64,000 nucleotides of DNA from an uncultured Aliarcobacter sp. (GTDB lineage Bacteria > Campylobacterota > Campylobacteria > Campylobacterales > Arcobacteraceae): the NCBI GenBank assembly GCA_963664305.2, contig CAXXLV010000002.1:1664001-1728000 (forward strand). The letters run 5' to 3'. The number at the start of each line of letters is the position of its first letter. Position 1 is the stretch's first letter. The position numbers were made by a program, and so were the translations under genes. The notes below the pieces were generated by a model, which had not been told where the DNA came from, ran no database searches, and saw nothing but the letters and a program-made list of their open reading frames with translations. Below, piece by piece: positions 63,482 to 64,000 of the stretch.

Positions 63482-63976
63482 CTAATCCTTTTTTTCACTT
63501 TCTACATTATAATTTTCAAGTTTTTGAGTAATTATAGATGCATTTGTAACACTTAAAAATTTCAATATTTGCGTTACATTACTTTCTTTTAATTTTAAAA
63601 GTATATCAAAAACATCATCAATTTTGCCTTCATTTATCATCTGATCAAAAATATCAGCTGCATTTTTTGGCTTCATCGCATTATAAATTTTAGAAGTTTT
63701 ACTTTCAACTTCAGCTTTAATATCTTGCAAAATTTGAAGATTATCATCATGTAATTTTTTTATTTGATTTTTCTCTTTTTCAATTTGAGCAAGAATATTT
63801 TCTAACTCTTTTTTTCTATCTTGATACTCTTTTTCTTTTTCATTATAAAAATTATTTAATTCTTTTTTTAATTCCATAACTTCAATTTTTTGTCTTGTTA
63901 AAGAACTACTAGTTTCTTCTGCATTTAAAAAAACTCCTAATAAAAGTAATATTATAATTTTTTTCATTAAATTCAA
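63482..63976 (-). CDS. MotE/FlgY-like periplasmic flagellar motor protein
   Basis: Signal peptide, long coiled coil, KIYNAMKPKNAADIF and QILKFL-NASIIT helical repeats typical of MotE/YlxF. Confidence 0.8.
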   Translation of the reverse strand: MNLMKKIIILLLLGVFLNAEETSSSLTRQKIEVMELKKELNNFYNEKEKEYQDRKKELENILAQIEKEKNQIKKLHDDNLQILQDIKAEVESKTSKIYNAMKPKNAADIFDQMINEGKIDDVFDILLKLKESNVTQILKFLSVTNASIITQKLENYNVESEKKD

Positions 63977-64000
63977 TTTTTATCCTTTTATATATTTACT

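Overview
Very AT-rich, gene-dense core-chromosome segment of a Campylobacterota bacterium, most likely Arcobacteraceae. This assignment is inferred from gene order and content (ahpC/fdxA-ndk-yceD-rpmF-plsX-fabH; nusA/HP0268-miaB-lpxJ; holA-rnr/ilvC-yibQ-dprA; futalosine mqnE; class II DAHP synthase; cti; a clustered motE-fliL-flgH-flgK-fliD-fliS block). It holds about 65 CDS, two of which are absent from the ORF track (partial murI and rpmF). I saw no rRNA, tRNA, CRISPR array, transposase, integrase or prophage gene. The most interesting signals are: (1) a 523-aa protein at the miaB-lpxJ locus that looks like a single-chain PilM-PilN-PilO fusion, a candidate flagellar-motor cage; (2) a candidate ~65-nt sRNA between yraN and bioF with its own extended -10, an 11-bp-period direct repeat and a loop complementary to the flgK RBS; (3) a hypothetical protein resembling the ClpXP adaptor SspB; (4) a G-free, CUAC-repeat rho leader resembling a rut site; (5) a variant S6:S18 leader; (6) about seven apparently leaderless genes. 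All family calls come from motif recognition by eye; no searches were run.
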